A DNA stretch of 32,988 nucleotides from an uncultured virus (IMG/VR IMGVR_UViG_3300025398_000011) (lineage: Duplodnaviria; Heunggongvirae; Uroviricota; Caudoviricetes): IMG/VR virus record IMGVR_UViG_3300025398_000011; one strand, given 5' to 3'. Below are positions 9,810 to 18,050 of this stretch, piece by piece (the first letter of the stretch is position 1; each line of letters starts with the position of its first letter). The notes under the pieces were generated by a model. It saw nothing but the letters and a program-made list of their open reading frames with translations. It was not told where the DNA came from and did not search any database. The translations under genes were made by a program, and so were the position numbers.

Positions 9810-10345
9810 TGAAGGTCTTTAGCAAGGGCACTGTAGATGGCCCGGTCTATCTAGGCATAGACCAGTCATATAGTGGGTTTGCTATAACCGCGTTCAAGGA
9901 TCAGGACAACTACTACACAGAGGTTTACAAGTCTGACAAGCGCGGCATAGACCGCCTGCGGGATATCCAAGCCCATGTCATGAACTGGCTCCATGAGTTT
10001 GATGAGATAAAGGATGTTGCCATAGAGGGTTACGCCTTTGGCTCACAGATGGCTAACATGCTTGGGGAGCTGGGCGGCATGGTCAAGTTGACCCTCCTAG
10101 AGTTTGGGATCTACCCGCTTATAGTTCCGCCTACTAACCTCAAGAAGTACACATGCGGCAAGGGCACAGGGGTATCTAAAAGCCAGATGCTCATGTATGC
10201 CTACAAGAACTGGGACGCCGAGTTTAATGACGACAACGCTGCCGACTCCTATGCCCTAGCCCACCTAGTATCAGGGTCAGGTAAACGTACATACGAAAAG
10301 GAAGTCTATGCTAAACTTCAGGATCCAAAGTTTAGGGAGCGGTAG
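9809..10345 (+). CDS. ruvC: RuvC-like Holliday junction resolvase
   Basis: YLGIDQS, VAIEGY, ELGG, P..LKK..G.G...K, DDNAADS acidic tetrad. Confidence 0.85.
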   Translation: MKVFSKGTVDGPVYLGIDQSYSGFAITAFKDQDNYYTEVYKSDKRGIDRLRDIQAHVMNWLHEFDEIKDVAIEGYAFGSQMANMLGELGGMVKLTLLEFGIYPLIVPPTNLKKYTCGKGTGVSKSQMLMYAYKNWDAEFNDDNAADSYALAHLVSGSGKRTYEKEVYAKLQDPKFRER

Positions 10346-10893
10346 TGACCACCATAGTAGCCGTCCAATACAAGGACCGTTGTGTATTTGGCGCCGATAA
10401 CCAGGTAACTGATGGCAGTGGCCGCATTTATAGGCACAAAGACATGGCTAAAATCAGCCAAAAAGGGCACTATTTAATTGCTGGAAGCGGCGAGGTTCAA
10501 CCTTGCGATGTAGCCCAGCATATCTGGAAGCCACCAGCCGTAACCGCCAGTGACCGCAAAGACATCTATCATTTTGTTATCACCAAGGTCATGCCTTCCC
10601 TGCGAGAAGCCCTAAAAACCAACGGGTACAACTTTGAAGAAGAACGGGACAAATCGGACACAGGACCGAGGTTTAATTTTCTCCTTGCAGTTTGCGGAGA
10701 AGTCTTTGATGTATCAGATGACCTGTCTGTATGCCGTACAGATAGCGGGCTATACGGAGTAGGTAATGGGGCAGCCTATGCTCTAGGCGCCCTTCATGCC
10801 GGCGCGTCTATTCTAGAATCCTTAAAGATTGCGGCATCATTAGACGCATATACTTCAGGACCATTTATTGAAGTAGAGCAGCGTAAAGGATAG
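10345..10893 (+). CDS. HslV/proteasome-beta-like Ntn threonine protease
   Basis: N-terminal TTI after Met, GADNQVT, conserved K, IAGSG, GVGNG..YALGAL, D..TSGP. Confidence 0.8.
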   Translation: MTTIVAVQYKDRCVFGADNQVTDGSGRIYRHKDMAKISQKGHYLIAGSGEVQPCDVAQHIWKPPAVTASDRKDIYHFVITKVMPSLREALKTNGYNFEEERDKSDTGPRFNFLLAVCGEVFDVSDDLSVCRTDSGLYGVGNGAAYALGALHAGASILESLKIAASLDAYTSGPFIEVEQRKG

Positions 10894-10895
10894 AG

Positions 10896-11063
10896 ATGCC
10901 ATCATACGATTTTAAGTGCGACACCTGTGGCTCGGTTATAGAGATCCAGCGCTCATTTGATGAAGAGGGTTCACCTATGTGTACCTCATGCAATTCAACT
11001 ATGACCAGAGTTTGGCAGGCTACGCCAGCTCACTTTAAAGGAGGAGGCTGGGGCGGACAATGA
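10896..11063 (+). CDS. FmdB-like zinc-ribbon protein, 55 aa, not in ORF track
   Basis: MPSYDFKCDTCG...CTSC...M.RV...HFKGGGW pattern. Confidence 0.85.
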   Translation: MPSYDFKCDTCGSVIEIQRSFDEEGSPMCTSCNSTMTRVWQATPAHFKGGGWGGQ

Positions 11064-11302
11064 GTAAGACACAGAATAAAAGACAAGAGCGCATCCGTGA
11101 AGCCGCGCACTTTGTATCAGAGCGCCGTACTATTCAATTGCAAATTTTAGAGCAGAACTATGAGATGGGCGTCAAGCTTTTCTTAGATCAAAAGGACAGC
11201 CTTTCATCAGAAGAGGTTGAGCAGATAGAAAAGATGATGACAGAACAAAGAGCGGCATTGGACAAGTTACATGAACAAGTCAATCCGCGAACTGAAGCCT
11301 GA
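11060..11302 (+). CDS. hypothetical coiled-coil protein
   Basis: 80 aa ORF with ATGA coupling. Confidence 0.65.
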   Translation: MSKTQNKRQERIREAAHFVSERRTIQLQILEQNYEMGVKLFLDQKDSLSSEEVEQIEKMMTEQRAALDKLHEQVNPRTEA

Positions 11303-11483
11303 TTACACAGGCACCATGGATTACGCAGATCAAATCTGCCATGAGTGCCCCAAGTGTGAGTCAAGCATCTGGTTAATCAAAGCCTCCTTTGAAGATTACG
11401 AGATATCCCAGTACTTCATTGACATGGAGTGCGCTATCTGTGGCACATACGCCAAAGCCCCTACCCCAATAGACCGACCATAA
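11271..11483 (+). CDS. small zinc-finger protein
   Basis: CPKC...CAIC, C-terminal APTP.D. Confidence 0.75.
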   Translation: MNKSIRELKPDYTGTMDYADQICHECPKCESSIWLIKASFEDYEISQYFIDMECAICGTYAKAPTPIDRP

Positions 11484-11692
11484 TGTGGTCATGGGTACTA
11501 GCCTGTGTAGGAGTCACAGGCATTTACTTTGTTGGCCGCAAAACTATCTGGGGCTGGTTTGTTCTACTGTTTAATGAATGCCTATGGATGGGGTACGCAA
11601 TAGATACCCACCAGTACGGTTTTATATTTGCATCCCTAGCCTACGCCGCTACTTATGTGCGGTCATACCTCCATTGGAAACAAGACGTTTAA
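11483..11692 (+). CDS. small PnuC-like membrane protein (3 TM)
   Basis: Start reassigned to ATG 11483 (TAATG overlap); G.....K.IWGW....N...W..Y.....YG pattern. Confidence 0.65.
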   Translation: MWSWVLACVGVTGIYFVGRKTIWGWFVLLFNECLWMGYAIDTHQYGFIFASLAYAATYVRSYLHWKQDV

Positions 11693-11766
11693 CCTTATTT
11701 TGTCTAAATTACCCTTCATACTTTATGCCACGGGGAACCACAATACGTAAACCCAAGGAGCATAAA

Positions 11767-12039
11767 TTGTCAGAAGAACAGGAGCCATTGCGCGTAGGCG
11801 CAGGCAGCAACCCTCAGTCCGTAGCCTCAGCGGTTGCCCACGCTATTTATGAAAAGCGTGAGGTAAAAATCCGTGCAGTAGGCGCAGGCGCAGTCAATCA
11901 GGCCGTAAAAGCCATTGCTATCGCCCGTGGATATACAGCCCCAAGAGGTATAGATCTAGTCTGTATCCCAGGCTTTGCCAGCATTAAGAGCCATGACGGT
12001 GACATCAGTGCCATCGTATTCCAGGTTATTGCTAATTAA
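11767..12039 (+). CDS. spoVS: SpoVS-family protein
   Basis: LRV...SNP.SVA.AVA...V.IRAVGAGAVNQAVKAIAIARG..AP.GIDL.CIP.F; TTG start after AAGGAG. Confidence 0.88.
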   Translation: MSEEQEPLRVGAGSNPQSVASAVAHAIYEKREVKIRAVGAGAVNQAVKAIAIARGYTAPRGIDLVCIPGFASIKSHDGDISAIVFQVIAN

Positions 12040-12101
12040 GCCTGTATTAAGCGCGTAAGTACCGTACATTTATAAGAACAATTCCTCGGCCAAGGAGAAC
12101 C

Positions 12102-12434
12102 ATGAAAGCTTCATCTAAGAAGAACCCAGCACCAATTGCGCCAGTAGACGCAAAGAAGACCAGCGTTGACTTCACCAACGCTTCAGCTGCACCTTCAGCT
12201 AACACTAAGTTGATGCCAAAGAAGAACACAGCAGCTGGCGACCCATACAAGATGGCTAAGCCATCACGCACATTCGTAAAGGCTACATCCGGGGCCCGTT
12301 ACGGTGTTCGCGTTAAGTTCCAGAAGGCAGAAGCTCACGAAGCAGGCGCTACACAGGGTAACGGCCGCCTACTTCCATCAGCCATCAAGCGTTCTTCTCA
12401 GAACTTCAGCGCAGGCATGGGTGACCATAACTAA
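12102..12434 (+). CDS. basic low-complexity hypothetical protein
   Basis: AAGGAG SD; K/A/S/P-rich 110 aa. Confidence 0.75.
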   Translation: MKASSKKNPAPIAPVDAKKTSVDFTNASAAPSANTKLMPKKNTAAGDPYKMAKPSRTFVKATSGARYGVRVKFQKAEAHEAGATQGNGRLLPSAIKRSSQNFSAGMGDHN

Positions 12435-12443
12435 TAGCTAGAT

Positions 12444-12484
12444 AAATAGCCCCCGGGACTCTAGTCCGCGGGGGTTATTTTTTG
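12444..12484 (+). terminator. intrinsic terminator
   Basis: AATAGCCCCCG...CGGGGGTTATT stem followed by a T run. Confidence 0.8.
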
Positions 12485-12485
12485 C

Positions 12486-12548
12486 TATAATTAATGCAGG
12501 ACGCCGAACGGGTCCTAACTAACCTATATCGTCTAAGGAGATATAACA
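12486..12548 (+). promoter_or_regulatory. hsp20 promoter (-10) and structured 5' leader (RNA thermometer candidate)
   Basis: TATAAT 12486-12491; hairpin AGGAC/GTCCT; second hairpin TATATC-G-TCT / GGA-GATATA covering the SD. Confidence 0.55.
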
Positions 12549-13055
12549 ATGGCTTCAGGCTACCCAACACGTAGCCCGCATGAAATGTGGGCAACTAAAG
12601 AACCAACAAAGACAGTCACAGTCAAGACCCCAGCTCAGATTGTTACAGAGCTAACCAATCACCTAGTTAACCGAGGAATCGGCTTCAATACTCATGCCGC
12701 TTTCTTCAATGAACTGGTCAATCAATTCGATACACGATCAACCTATCCTCCGTACGACATCCTTTCAGCCGGAGAGAACAAGTACCTTATCCGCCTTGCG
12801 CTTGCAGGGTTCTCTAAGGAAGATCTGGAGATCACCTTCAAGGATCAGGTCCTTACTATTGAGGGCAAGAAGGATGACGAATCTATTGATGAATACTTCC
12901 ACAAGGGTATTGCGGCTCGCGCATTTAAGCAGTCCTTCCCATTAGCTGAGTACGTAACAGTAGAAGGCGCGGAGATGAAAGACGGCATCTTAACTGTAAG
13001 ACTGGAGAGAGAAATTCCAGAAGAGTTAAAGCCAAAAACAATTAAGATCAAGTAA
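12549..13055 (+). CDS. small heat-shock protein (Hsp20/IbpA-like)
   Basis: YPPYDI, LALAGF, YFHKGIA.R.F...F.LAE.V.V.GA.MKDGIL, C-terminal PKTIKI. Confidence 0.95.
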   Translation: MASGYPTRSPHEMWATKEPTKTVTVKTPAQIVTELTNHLVNRGIGFNTHAAFFNELVNQFDTRSTYPPYDILSAGENKYLIRLALAGFSKEDLEITFKDQVLTIEGKKDDESIDEYFHKGIAARAFKQSFPLAEYVTVEGAEMKDGILTVRLEREIPEELKPKTIKIK

Positions 13056-13068
13056 CTCCTTGAGCATC

Positions 13069-13097
13069 AGCCCCCGTCAAATTGGCGGGGGTTTTTG
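13069..13097 (+). terminator. intrinsic terminator
   Basis: GCCCCCGTCAA-A-TTGGCGGGGGT followed by TTTT. Confidence 0.85.
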
Positions 13098-13161
13098 CTT
13101 GATTTGTCAGACTTTTATGTTAGTCTTATCGTGTCGCAGCTTGACGAACACAAGGAGAGAC

Positions 13162-13395
13162 ATGTTAGAAGTGCTAAATAAGCACCTAGATGGGGTTTCA
13201 TTGAGCGGTTGTGTAGTTGCCCAGTGGATTTCTACTCTAGGTAAAGATGAACAGAAATTATTTGAGCAAATAAAAGCAAACAATACAGCTGTAAAGGTCG
13301 CACATCTATTCCAAGATCTAAATAAAGATACTGAACTCCCATTTAAACTGACCGCCTTCCGCTCCCACCTTAGAGGATATTGCACATGTCAATAA
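13162..13395 (+). CDS. small Cys/His protein (C...H...CxC)
   Basis: Start reassigned to ATG 13162 after AAGGAG; GC.V..W...HLRGYCTC. Confidence 0.7.
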   Translation: MLEVLNKHLDGVSLSGCVVAQWISTLGKDEQKLFEQIKANNTAVKVAHLFQDLNKDTELPFKLTAFRSHLRGYCTCQ

Positions 13396-14402
13396 AGACC
13401 AGCCTACTTGACGTATTAGAGAACGCAGTTACTACTACCAATACTGATTGGGCATGGCCACCAATCCAGCAGGCAAAGCCAACTGTTATCAAGCCCGCAG
13501 AGTATAAAGAGCGCCAAGCAAGTAAAAATGGTTTTAAGTTATTTGTATTTGTTCCAGATCCACAGATCGGCTATCGTAAGTATGAAGATGGAACACTAGA
13601 TCCGTTTCACGATGAGGCCGCAATTGATGTCCACTTTCAACTACTAGCTTATTTAGAAAAGCGTTATGGCGTAGATGAGATTGTGCACCTTGGAGATTAT
13701 CTAGACCTACCAACAATGGGTAAATATGCACAGGAAGAAATGTTTGCGCATACAGTTCAGCCAGCCCTTGATTATGGTCACGCACTACTAGCAAAGCAAC
13801 GCGCTACCTGCCCTACTGCAAAGATCACATTGCTAGAGGGCAACCACGATTGCCGTATGCAAAAGTACGTAACTATGAACGCCATGGCATCTAAGGGTAT
13901 TAAGCGCGCTAACGCTGCCCCAGATGAGTGGCCAGTTATGACAGTCCAATACCTACTACGTTTAGAGGAGTTGAACATCAACTATGTGGGCGCGTATCCG
14001 GCTGGCGAGTACTGGATTACTCCTCACCTTCGTGCTATTCATGGCACTACCGTTCGGTCTAATGGCTCTACTGCATCTGCTTACGTCAATAAGAATCCGC
14101 ATGTTTCTACAGTCTTTGGGCATGCCCATCGACAAGAACTACAGTATAAAACTGTAGCCAATGGTGACGGCCCTATCCGCAGCGTGAGCGCCAGCCCTGG
14201 TTGCCTATGCCGTGTAGATGGCGCAGTTCCTTCCTACGGTTCTGGTCTCAATGACAACGGTCGTCCAGTAAAGCACTGGGAAGACTGGCAGCAGGGAATC
14301 ATGATCGGTTGGGTTCATGACGAGGGCCGCTTTACACTACAGCCTATTCACATCATGGATGGTGAAGCCCTGTATGAGGGAAAGCAGTTTAAGGCCAAGT
14401 AA
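13386..14402 (+). CDS. calcineurin-like metallophosphoesterase
   Basis: PDPQ, LGDYLD, GNHD, IHG and GHAH motifs. Confidence 0.9.
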   Translation: MSIKTSLLDVLENAVTTTNTDWAWPPIQQAKPTVIKPAEYKERQASKNGFKLFVFVPDPQIGYRKYEDGTLDPFHDEAAIDVHFQLLAYLEKRYGVDEIVHLGDYLDLPTMGKYAQEEMFAHTVQPALDYGHALLAKQRATCPTAKITLLEGNHDCRMQKYVTMNAMASKGIKRANAAPDEWPVMTVQYLLRLEELNINYVGAYPAGEYWITPHLRAIHGTTVRSNGSTASAYVNKNPHVSTVFGHAHRQELQYKTVANGDGPIRSVSASPGCLCRVDGAVPSYGSGLNDNGRPVKHWEDWQQGIMIGWVHDEGRFTLQPIHIMDGEALYEGKQFKAK

Positions 14403-14429
14403 TTAAGTAATTACGCGTATCCTTGTGGT

Positions 14430-14964
14430 ATGGCCAACCCTTCCCCGCATCAAAACGTACAGAATCTCGGAGCTTCCGGGATGTACGGCACCAATACCGT
14501 TTACGGTGGCGGCGGCGTACCAGTAGCCAGAAGTGAATTGGATTTCCTCCGTCTTGGCGTGGGTCGGGCCCCGCAAGCGGAGTATCCCTGACGGCTACCT
14601 AGGCACAATCCGTACACGCCGCGATGATCGTGGGCGTGATACATCGGATAACGTACTTAACGCACTCAAGGTACGAGTAGGACAGCGTTCGTACCAGCGC
14701 GGTGTTCACCGTGGAGAAAGAATTGACGTTCAAGACTATTACTATCCAGAAGGTCTTGATGCAATGCGCGGAATAAGACGCCAAATGAAAGGCGTTAGAG
14801 ACGGTAATGTCATCCGCGTCCAGCGCGGGGTAGAGAACGCTATGGCGGCCCCCGCGCCTCATCTTCCTAATGATGGTAAGGCAAATATGAGAAGTACATC
14901 GCCACTATCATTAGATAGTCGCCGTGTAGACCAGATGGCCCGCATGAGAACACCTTGGAGATAA
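14430..14964 (+). CDS. hypothetical protein split by a +1 frameshift at CCC-TGA (14586-14591)
   Basis: Leaderless ATG 14430 opens a 53-aa frame ending AEYP-stop; the +1 frame continues DGYLGTIRTRRDD to 14964; the track's GTG 14533 start is unconvincing. Confidence 0.65.
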
Positions 14965-14965
14965 G

Positions 14966-15208
14966 ATGAACACAGACGAAAGCCAATTCCCGCAGCCTGC
15001 TCGCCCACACTCAATTAATAAAAGCACCACTATGACTATGAAGCATGGCACCGCTGAGTTAAACGTAAACGCAAGCGCTAGCACCCTACACGTTCCAGGC
15101 GCCGAACCCCTTGCTAAAACAAATCCAATGACTATGACCGCTAAAGGCAAAGCAAAGGATGTTGGAGTACTCCTACGCCATATTAAGAACAGCAGCCCAA
15201 AGAACTAA
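14966..15208 (+). CDS. hypothetical small protein
   Basis: GGAG SD, TAATG coupling to the next gene. Confidence 0.65.
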   Translation: MNTDESQFPQPARPHSINKSTTMTMKHGTAELNVNASASTLHVPGAEPLAKTNPMTMTAKGKAKDVGVLLRHIKNSSPKN

Positions 15209-15567
15209 TGACTAAATTCGCAGATGGAGTCTACGGACGTAGACCGTGGGTAGCGCCGCCCGAGGCCGCCAATCCCCCGCAAGATTACGTCGGGCCATTT
15301 CAGTCTAATCAAGAACGCCTTCTAAGTCAGTCGATGGCCGCATGGACAATGGGACGCGAAGACATCCAAGAGTATGTGCGGCCACCGCTCCCACAGGTAA
15401 AGCTATTTCCATCCCGTTTTGGTTACACTGAGCATGAGATCACCATTGAAGACATTGCACAGATGCCACGCAAGACCGCTACAACCCAGCGTGTAGAGTC
15501 TGACTTCAGCCAGACCCCTAACACTCAGGAATCAACCAGCACCAACTCACTAGGAGGAACAATCTAA
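15208..15567 (+). CDS. hypothetical protein
   Basis: TAATG overlaps on both sides. Confidence 0.7.
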   Translation: MTKFADGVYGRRPWVAPPEAANPPQDYVGPFQSNQERLLSQSMAAWTMGREDIQEYVRPPLPQVKLFPSRFGYTEHEITIEDIAQMPRKTATTQRVESDFSQTPNTQESTSTNSLGGTI

Positions 15568-15815
15568 TGGGCCGTAATAACAACGATTTTAACGCAGGAA
15601 AGACCCCCGAAGGGCCAGCACAGCAGGTAACTTGGACTGGGCAATCTGGCGATAGCTATTCTTTTAAAGTACCTCCAGGAAGCTCTAAGAAAGATGCTGG
15701 AAAAACTATTGCTCACTACACAAGTGTTGACCGCAGTTACAAGAACGCTGGAATCAACGATCAGACTGTAGAAGAGCCGGTAAAGGGTTCAGTGCGCTGG
15801 AATAAAAATGACTAA
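15567..15815 (+). CDS. hypothetical small protein
   Basis: AGGAGG SD, TAATG overlap. Confidence 0.7.
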   Translation: MGRNNNDFNAGKTPEGPAQQVTWTGQSGDSYSFKVPPGSSKKDAGKTIAHYTSVDRSYKNAGINDQTVEEPVKGSVRWNKND

Positions 15816-16041
15816 CGACCCAGGTTTATACACCGATAGCACAGGCGACGGCATGGCTGGGGCTATGGACGTCAGCCTTCAAACCCAGCGTGACCTTAGC
15901 AAGACCATTTATAACGGAGATAAGGCCTGTAAAGCCTGTGGCGCGCGTATTGACCCCGTACAATCATTGATGAACCAAGAGCACTGCCCATCCTGCTCCC
16001 GTAGAATGAAGCAGTCACACGTGAAAGGCGGCATGGCATGA
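15808..16041 (+). CDS. small zinc-finger protein
   Basis: CKAC...CPSC. Confidence 0.7.
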   Translation: MTNDPGLYTDSTGDGMAGAMDVSLQTQRDLSKTIYNGDKACKACGARIDPVQSLMNQEHCPSCSRRMKQSHVKGGMA

Positions 16042-16247
16042 CCGTTAATAAGTTTCGTTCTGAGAACGCGTCCTTAGAAGAGGGCGCCACAGACGGCAAG
16101 TACCGTAAGCGCCGTCCAAACACAGAGGTAGCCGCTGGACAGGGTGACGAACTAGTCGTCAAGAACCGCGCTAGCCTCCACCCGTACTTCAACTATGGTT
16201 TCATCAACTCTGAAGACACTTCTAAGGTTAATCCAGCAGGTAACTAA
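16038..16247 (+). CDS. hypothetical small protein
   Basis: ATGA and TAATG coupling. Confidence 0.7.
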   Translation: MTVNKFRSENASLEEGATDGKYRKRRPNTEVAAGQGDELVVKNRASLHPYFNYGFINSEDTSKVNPAGN

Positions 16248-16447
16248 TGGCTGAAGACCGCGCTTACGATCCTGCACGTAAACCTAATCTAGGGTTACCC
16301 AACTTCGTGCAGGATAAATTAGTTGCAAAGCCAGCCGTTAAAATAACAAAAGTTACAGACCTAGGTACTGTGGGTCCTGAATCAGAAGGTAAACCAGAAA
16401 TAGTTTTCCACCGAGGCAGAGGTAAAAAAGGAAGGTCAAACGACTAA
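16247..16447 (+). CDS. hypothetical small basic protein
   Basis: TAATG coupling; begins MAEDRAYDPAR. Confidence 0.65.
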   Translation: MAEDRAYDPARKPNLGLPNFVQDKLVAKPAVKITKVTDLGTVGPESEGKPEIVFHRGRGKKGRSND

Positions 16448-16448
16448 C

Positions 16449-16811
16449 ATGGCTAAAGATAGAGCAAGAGACGATCGCCGTTCTGTAGGTTCATTTGAAA
16501 AGATGAAAGGCGCACTTGGTAAAGCCGCTGGCTGGACAAGGCACACAGATCCAGACTTTGGAGCATATGCAATTAAAGCAGATGAACAGGGTAATGCTAA
16601 GTTGCCTGCAAATTATCGTGTAGGTAAAGACGCTACTTTTCCAATTGGATATTCGTCAGCTACTAGATACAACTCTGTAGCCGCCATTGAGCGCACTCGT
16701 GGAGGGCAGCCTAGTGAGCCAGAAAAGCGTGCTGTAGAGAACAAAAACAAGATGATGAAGGGCCCTAGCGATCCTTCTGTAGTTAAGATTAATACAAATC
16801 CGGTTAAGTAA
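16449..16811 (+). CDS. hypothetical basic protein
   Basis: Begins MAKDRARDDRR; follows the previous stop by 1 nt. Confidence 0.7.
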   Translation: MAKDRARDDRRSVGSFEKMKGALGKAAGWTRHTDPDFGAYAIKADEQGNAKLPANYRVGKDATFPIGYSSATRYNSVAAIERTRGGQPSEPEKRAVENKNKMMKGPSDPSVVKINTNPVK

Positions 16812-17179
16812 TGGGACGTCCACTATCAGGTAAGACTGCGCCTCAAGGCCGCATGTCCCTCATTGACCGCGTAGCGGGTGGTTCATACACACCACCAGCA
16901 CCGCAGCCTTTGGCTATGCCACGTCAATTAGAAACTGTAAGTGCCCCTGAAAAAAATAACGAAGTTAAGCCCGCTGCTGAGGCAGTAGCCGCCCCTAAGA
17001 AGGCCGCCGAGAAGCCTGTAAAGAAGCCTGCTGAAAAGAAGACTATTGTTAGTGAGGCTGATGAAGTAGAGGCGCACAAGAAGAAGTTGGCGCAGGAAAA
17101 AATCGACAAAGATATTTTGGCGTACAAGCAGAAGAAGGCACAAGAGGCCATCGCTGCAAGATTAAAGAACAAGAAGTAA
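16811..17179 (+). CDS. Lys/Ala/Pro-rich hypothetical protein
   Basis: APKKAAEKPVKKPAEKK histone-like segment; TAATG coupling. Confidence 0.7.
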   Translation: MGRPLSGKTAPQGRMSLIDRVAGGSYTPPAPQPLAMPRQLETVSAPEKNNEVKPAAEAVAAPKKAAEKPVKKPAEKKTIVSEADEVEAHKKKLAQEKIDKDILAYKQKKAQEAIAARLKNKK

Positions 17180-17225
17180 TAGCGCGCCTTTAGGCGCTAA
17201 TCGGCACATATGATAGGATCACCAC

Positions 17226-17771
17226 ATGGAACTGGACGAAGAGCGCGTTAACCTGCTTGTTTGCAAGACCTGTAAGACCATTGAAGAGATTCCTTACGCT
17301 AAGAATGGTAAGTATCTTGGCGAGGGCAAATATGATCAGTCAGAGAACCCCTTTTTAGAGGCCGCCGTATCACCCCACGAGCGTGGCGGTCATATGGGCA
17401 TGCTTACAGACGTTAACTTTGTCTATTGGATGACCCCAAAGGTAAAAGCCTCCATTATTGCTCAGATTAAAGAGCAGTTCACAGGTAAGAGCAGCCCACT
17501 AACCGCTGGTCTTGACGCATTTGGCACTAACTTTTACGAGACCAAAGATAACTATAGTCAAGATGCTATGTCGTGCTGGCAACTGCACAATAGAACTACT
17601 GATTGCAGTGATTACAAGAACGATAGAAAACTACTTGATGCTGGCACAAGCAAAGAGCGTAAAGCAGAAGGCCTTGGCAAGTCAACAATTAAAGTCTATC
17701 TATGTGACTTCTGTCCTGTAAAGATGGAAGTGCAGAAGAAGGCTATGAAGGCCAAAGGTCTAGACAAGTAA
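17226..17771 (+). CDS. Cys-rich hypothetical protein
   Basis: CKTC, C...H....C, CDFCP; leaderless TAGGAT 6 nt upstream. Confidence 0.75.
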   Translation: MELDEERVNLLVCKTCKTIEEIPYAKNGKYLGEGKYDQSENPFLEAAVSPHERGGHMGMLTDVNFVYWMTPKVKASIIAQIKEQFTGKSSPLTAGLDAFGTNFYETKDNYSQDAMSCWQLHNRTTDCSDYKNDRKLLDAGTSKERKAEGLGKSTIKVYLCDFCPVKMEVQKKAMKAKGLDK

Positions 17772-17839
17772 CCTTTGCCCCTTTACTAACGAGTTTAGTA
17801 GGTATACTGTAACTACATAGCTAGGTAAAGGCGGGTAAT

Positions 17840-18043
17840 ATGTTCATTGAAATGTCCTGTTCTTGTGGAGCATCATTTCAGTCTGACTCAGATGAGAATG
17901 AAACCCTAGCGCTAATGTGGGGTCACCGTTTTGCTACCGCACATCAAGACTGCGGTTTTATGGTTAAAGCCCAAGAAGAAGTAGAGGAAAAAACCAAGCG
18001 CTATGACATTACCTACAAAGAACAACGCGAAAACGAACTATAA
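17840..18043 (+). CDS. small zinc-binding protein
   Basis: CSC...H..C. Confidence 0.65.
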   Translation: MFIEMSCSCGASFQSDSDENETLALMWGHRFATAHQDCGFMVKAQEEVEEKTKRYDITYKEQRENEL

Positions 18044-18050
18044 TATCTGA

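Noticed and set aside
14533..14586. GTG 14533 start (MNWISSVLAW...) from the ORF track
   Set aside because: No SD; the overlapping frame from leaderless ATG 14430 explains the region better
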